Source: Nitrospirota bacterium
Lineage (GTDB): Bacteria; Nitrospirota; UBA9217
DNA length: 18,510 bases
Direction: 5' to 3'
Assembly: GCA_029858565.1 (NCBI GenBank)
Contig: JAOUEV010000061.1
Location: 1-18,510 of the forward strand
Notes under the pieces: generated by a model
The model's database searches: none
The model's input: only the letters and a program-made list of their open reading frames with translations
Told to the model about the DNA's origin: nothing
Part shown: one piece after another, positions 16,744 through 18,510 of the stretch
Layout of the letters: each line of letters begins with the position of its first letter
Position numbering within the stretch: position 1 is the first letter of the stretch
Made by a program: the position numbers and the translations under genes

Positions 16744-16793
16744 CTCACACTGAGGCACGAAGCGCACTTCGTGTCTTCGTGGCTTTGTGTGAG
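16744..16793. repeat. Inverted-repeat element built of 8-bp CACGAAG(A) units in the obgE leader
   Basis: CTCACAC pairs with GTGTGAG and GAGGCACGAAG with CTTCGTGTCTT around a CGCA loop. The minus strand reads CACAAAGC CACGAAGA CACGAAGT. Confidence 0.75.
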
Positions 16794-16842
16794 AAAGACC
16801 TGAGCAGTTGCCTTTTCCCCTTCTAGTTGGTCAACCTTTAGA

Positions 16843-16871
16843 AATATACAGATACCCCGCTCAAAATGCAA
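16843..16871 (-). promoter_or_regulatory. Candidate sigma70 promoter for the obgE-proBA-nadD operon
   Basis: Minus strand TTGCAT (16871-16866), 17-bp spacer, TATATT (16848-16843), just downstream of the rpmA terminator. Confidence 0.55.
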
Positions 16872-16883
16872 GCAAGGGGGAAC

Positions 16884-16913
16884 AAAAAAGGCGGCTCCGT
16901 GAGGGGCCGCCTT
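16884..16913 (-). terminator. Intrinsic terminator after rpmA
   Basis: Minus strand GGCGGCCCC-TCAC-GGAGCCGCC followed by TTTTTTGTT. Confidence 0.85.
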
Positions 16914-16939
16914 CCATGGTTATCCGCTGATGGATACGT

Positions 16940-17200
16940 CTACGCCGGAACTGCGTATACGCTGATCTGCTGACGGGTCTTGTCTTTGCGCTCGAACTTC
17001 ACGACACCATTGATCATCGCGAAGAGCGTATCGTCCTTGCCCTTGCCCACATTCAATCCCGGATGGAACTTGGTTCCCCGCTGACGCACAAGGATCGTGC
17101 CTGCATGGACAACTTCGCCACCGAACCGTTTCACGCCGAGATACTGCGGATTGCTGTCACGACCGTTACGTGAACTGCCAACACCTTTTTTATGAGCCAT
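16940..17200 (-). CDS. rpmA: 50S ribosomal protein L27
   Basis: [23 protein letters not shown] and DDTLFA; GGAGG SD; no N-terminal extension. Confidence 0.99.
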   Translation of the reverse strand: MAHKKGVGSSRNGRDSNPQYLGVKRFGGEVVHAGTILVRQRGTKFHPGLNVGKGKDDTLFAMINGVVKFERKDKTRQQISVYAVPA

Positions 17201-17233
17201 TGAACTATCCTCCGAACTTTCAGCGTAACAGCG

Positions 17234-17545
17234 TTACGCCTTGATCTCTTTCACTTTGAGCGTGGTGAAGTTCTGCCGGTGACCGTTGGTCCTCCGGAAG
17301 CCCTTGCGGCGGCGGTGCTTGAAGATGAGGAGCTTCTCGCCCCGGCCTTCTCCCATCACCTCGGCGGTCACCTTTGCATTGGCGATCGTCGGCTTGCCCA
17401 CGTTCATCTTGTCGCCGTCGGCGACCATCAACACTTCGTTGATCTCGACAGCATCGCCCTTCTTTGCGTCGAGCTTTTCAACCCTGAGAAGATCACCGGG
17501 AGCCACTTTATACTGCTTTCCTCCCGTTTTGATTACCGCGTACAT
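17234..17545 (-). CDS. rplU: 50S ribosomal protein L21
   Basis: MYAVIKTGGKQYKV ... GHRQ.FT; ATG17545 with an AAGGAGG SD. Confidence 0.99.
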   Translation of the reverse strand: MYAVIKTGGKQYKVAPGDLLRVEKLDAKKGDAVEINEVLMVADGDKMNVGKPTIANAKVTAEVMGEGRGEKLLIFKHRRRKGFRRTNGHRQNFTTLKVKEIKA

Positions 17546-17593
17546 GCCTGTTCCTCCTTGGAAAATAAGCAAAACCCGTTTTTTGGAAGCGTA

Positions 17594-17623
17594 TAAATAC
17601 CATGTAACCCGTGAACTTGTCAA
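17594..17623 (-). promoter_or_regulatory. Candidate promoter for rplU-rpmA
   Basis: Perfect TTGACA (17623-17618), with an AT-rich TGGTATTTAT box 17-18 bp downstream; the -10 is imperfect. Confidence 0.5.
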
Positions 17624-17677
17624 GGGAAAAAACAGCTTACCAGGAAGTTTTTTTGGGCAGGAAGGCGGGAATTGATC

Positions 17678-17984
17678 CTAACCGGACCGTCGGGACGGCG
17701 GAATAGAGCCAGCCTGAGCTTTTTGATACCACTTTTCAAAATCCTGTGCGTCAGGGTCCTTTTCCGACGGGGCCCAGGAAGCCTGATGCTGTTCCGGGGA
17801 GGGACGATAAGGTCCCTGTTTTACCTCGAAAAAGATCGTTCCCGCTTTCACCGCAGCCATGGCATGCCAGGTATGAGGCGGGATATCAAAGCCCATAATG
17901 GATATTGAAATTCATCCGTTTGCGGGGCGAGGCCGCTGCCTGTGCAGAGAGTTCGTCAAGAATGGCTGTGGTGATCAATTTCAT
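17678..17984 (-). pseudogene. WbuC-family cupin-fold metalloprotein with an internal frameshifting deletion
   Basis: ATG17984 gives MKLITTAILDELSAQAAASPRKRMNFNIH (WbuC-type N-terminus), which stops at 17886. A different frame from about 17899 gives GFDIPPHTWH...FEVKQGPY.P...ASWAPSE (WbuC-type C-terminus). The central part is missing. Confidence 0.82.
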
Positions 17985-18510
17985 TTTACGGTAACCGTCT
18001 TCGATGCGGCCCCGGGCCGGGCTTCCTGTTCCTGCGCAAGTTCGGGAAGTGTTGTCGGCATGGTTTCGACGACCTTTTGCATTTCCTCGTCGGACACAGG
18101 GAGATAATAGATCTCTTCACCCTCTTTCTGCATCTCCTTAAGATCAACGACCGCGCCGGGAGGCAGGTCTGAACCGTCGTGGGTCTTTCCCTTTATCGCG
18201 TAAATCACCCAGCGCGGCCCCTCGAGCGACAGCACCAGGTATGCGCAGTCGGACACAGCGAGGATCGAGTGCGCGGCAATCTGCGACATCGTTTCGTAGC
18301 TCAGCACCATGCCGCTGCCGAACTCGTAGCCCACCGGGACCACGACAGCTTTCGAGAGCTGATACACACCATATGCTGCTCCGCCGCCCGCTGAAACCGC
18401 GGTCCCTGCAGCGAGCGTTGTTCCGGCAATGACATTGCCGAAAACGTTCGTTGCTGCAGATCCTGCTTTTCCAGTCACCATGACGGTTCCGCCGGCGACA
18501 GTTCCTGTCA
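17981..18510 (-). CDS. Hypothetical Gly/Ala/Val/Thr-rich protein, 5'-truncated by the window edge
   Basis: The frame is open from the window end to TGA at 17981. The stop overlaps the next ATG (ATGA). Small-residue hydrophobic helices are followed by an acidic tail. Confidence 0.75.
   Translation of the reverse strand, partial: TGTVAGGTVMVTGKAGSAATNVFGNVIAGTTLAAGTAVSAGGGAAYGVYQLSKAVVVPVGYEFGSGMVLSYETMSQIAAHSILAVSDCAYLVLSLEGPRWVIYAIKGKTHDGSDLPPGAVVDLKEMQKEGEEIYYLPVSDEEMQKVVETMPTTLPELAQEQEARPGAASKTVTVK

Noticed and set aside
14390-16793. Short repeats as a possible CRISPR array
   Set aside because: No 23-47-bp repeats with unique spacers, and no cas genes.
17201-17236. rplU-rpmA spacer: possible prp (ysxB) gene, and the CAGCGTAA/CAGCGTTA duplication
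   Set aside because: The spacer is only 33 bp and L27 has no N-terminal extension; the 8-bp duplication is too short to interpret.
1-18510. tRNA, rRNA, known riboswitches, defence or toxin-antitoxin genes
   Set aside because: No cloverleaf, rRNA or recognisable aptamer motifs in the spacers, and no ORF shows defence or toxin motifs by eye; an Infernal/Rfam scan would be needed to exclude weak ncRNAs.

Overview
Mostly core-genome DNA from a diderm bacterium; gene order and content suggest Nitrospirota or a Desulfobacterota-like lineage (inference). The left end holds a complete ISL3-family insertion sequence (14-1391). Its transposase is split by an A8 -1 frameshift site, and there is no target-site duplication. 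Next is accA on the + strand. A long minus-strand block follows, in transcription order: partial hypothetical gene, internally deleted WbuC-family cupin pseudogene, rplU, rpmA, obgE, proB, proA, nadD, rsfS, rlmH, LapA/LapB-like fusion, gpmI, small exported protein, comF, phoH, 7TM-HD phosphohydrolase, ybeY, DgkA-PAP2 fusion and a roadblock/LC7 protein. I found no convincing new multi-gene system. The most unusual signals are non-coding or recoding: the transposase frameshift and near-leaderless promoter, a terminator-like hairpin in the accA leader, and four short tandem/inverted-repeat elements (7-, 8- and 9-bp units) in spacers between housekeeping genes, one of which supplies the C-terminus of Obg. 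All calls come from reading motifs by eye; no searches were run.
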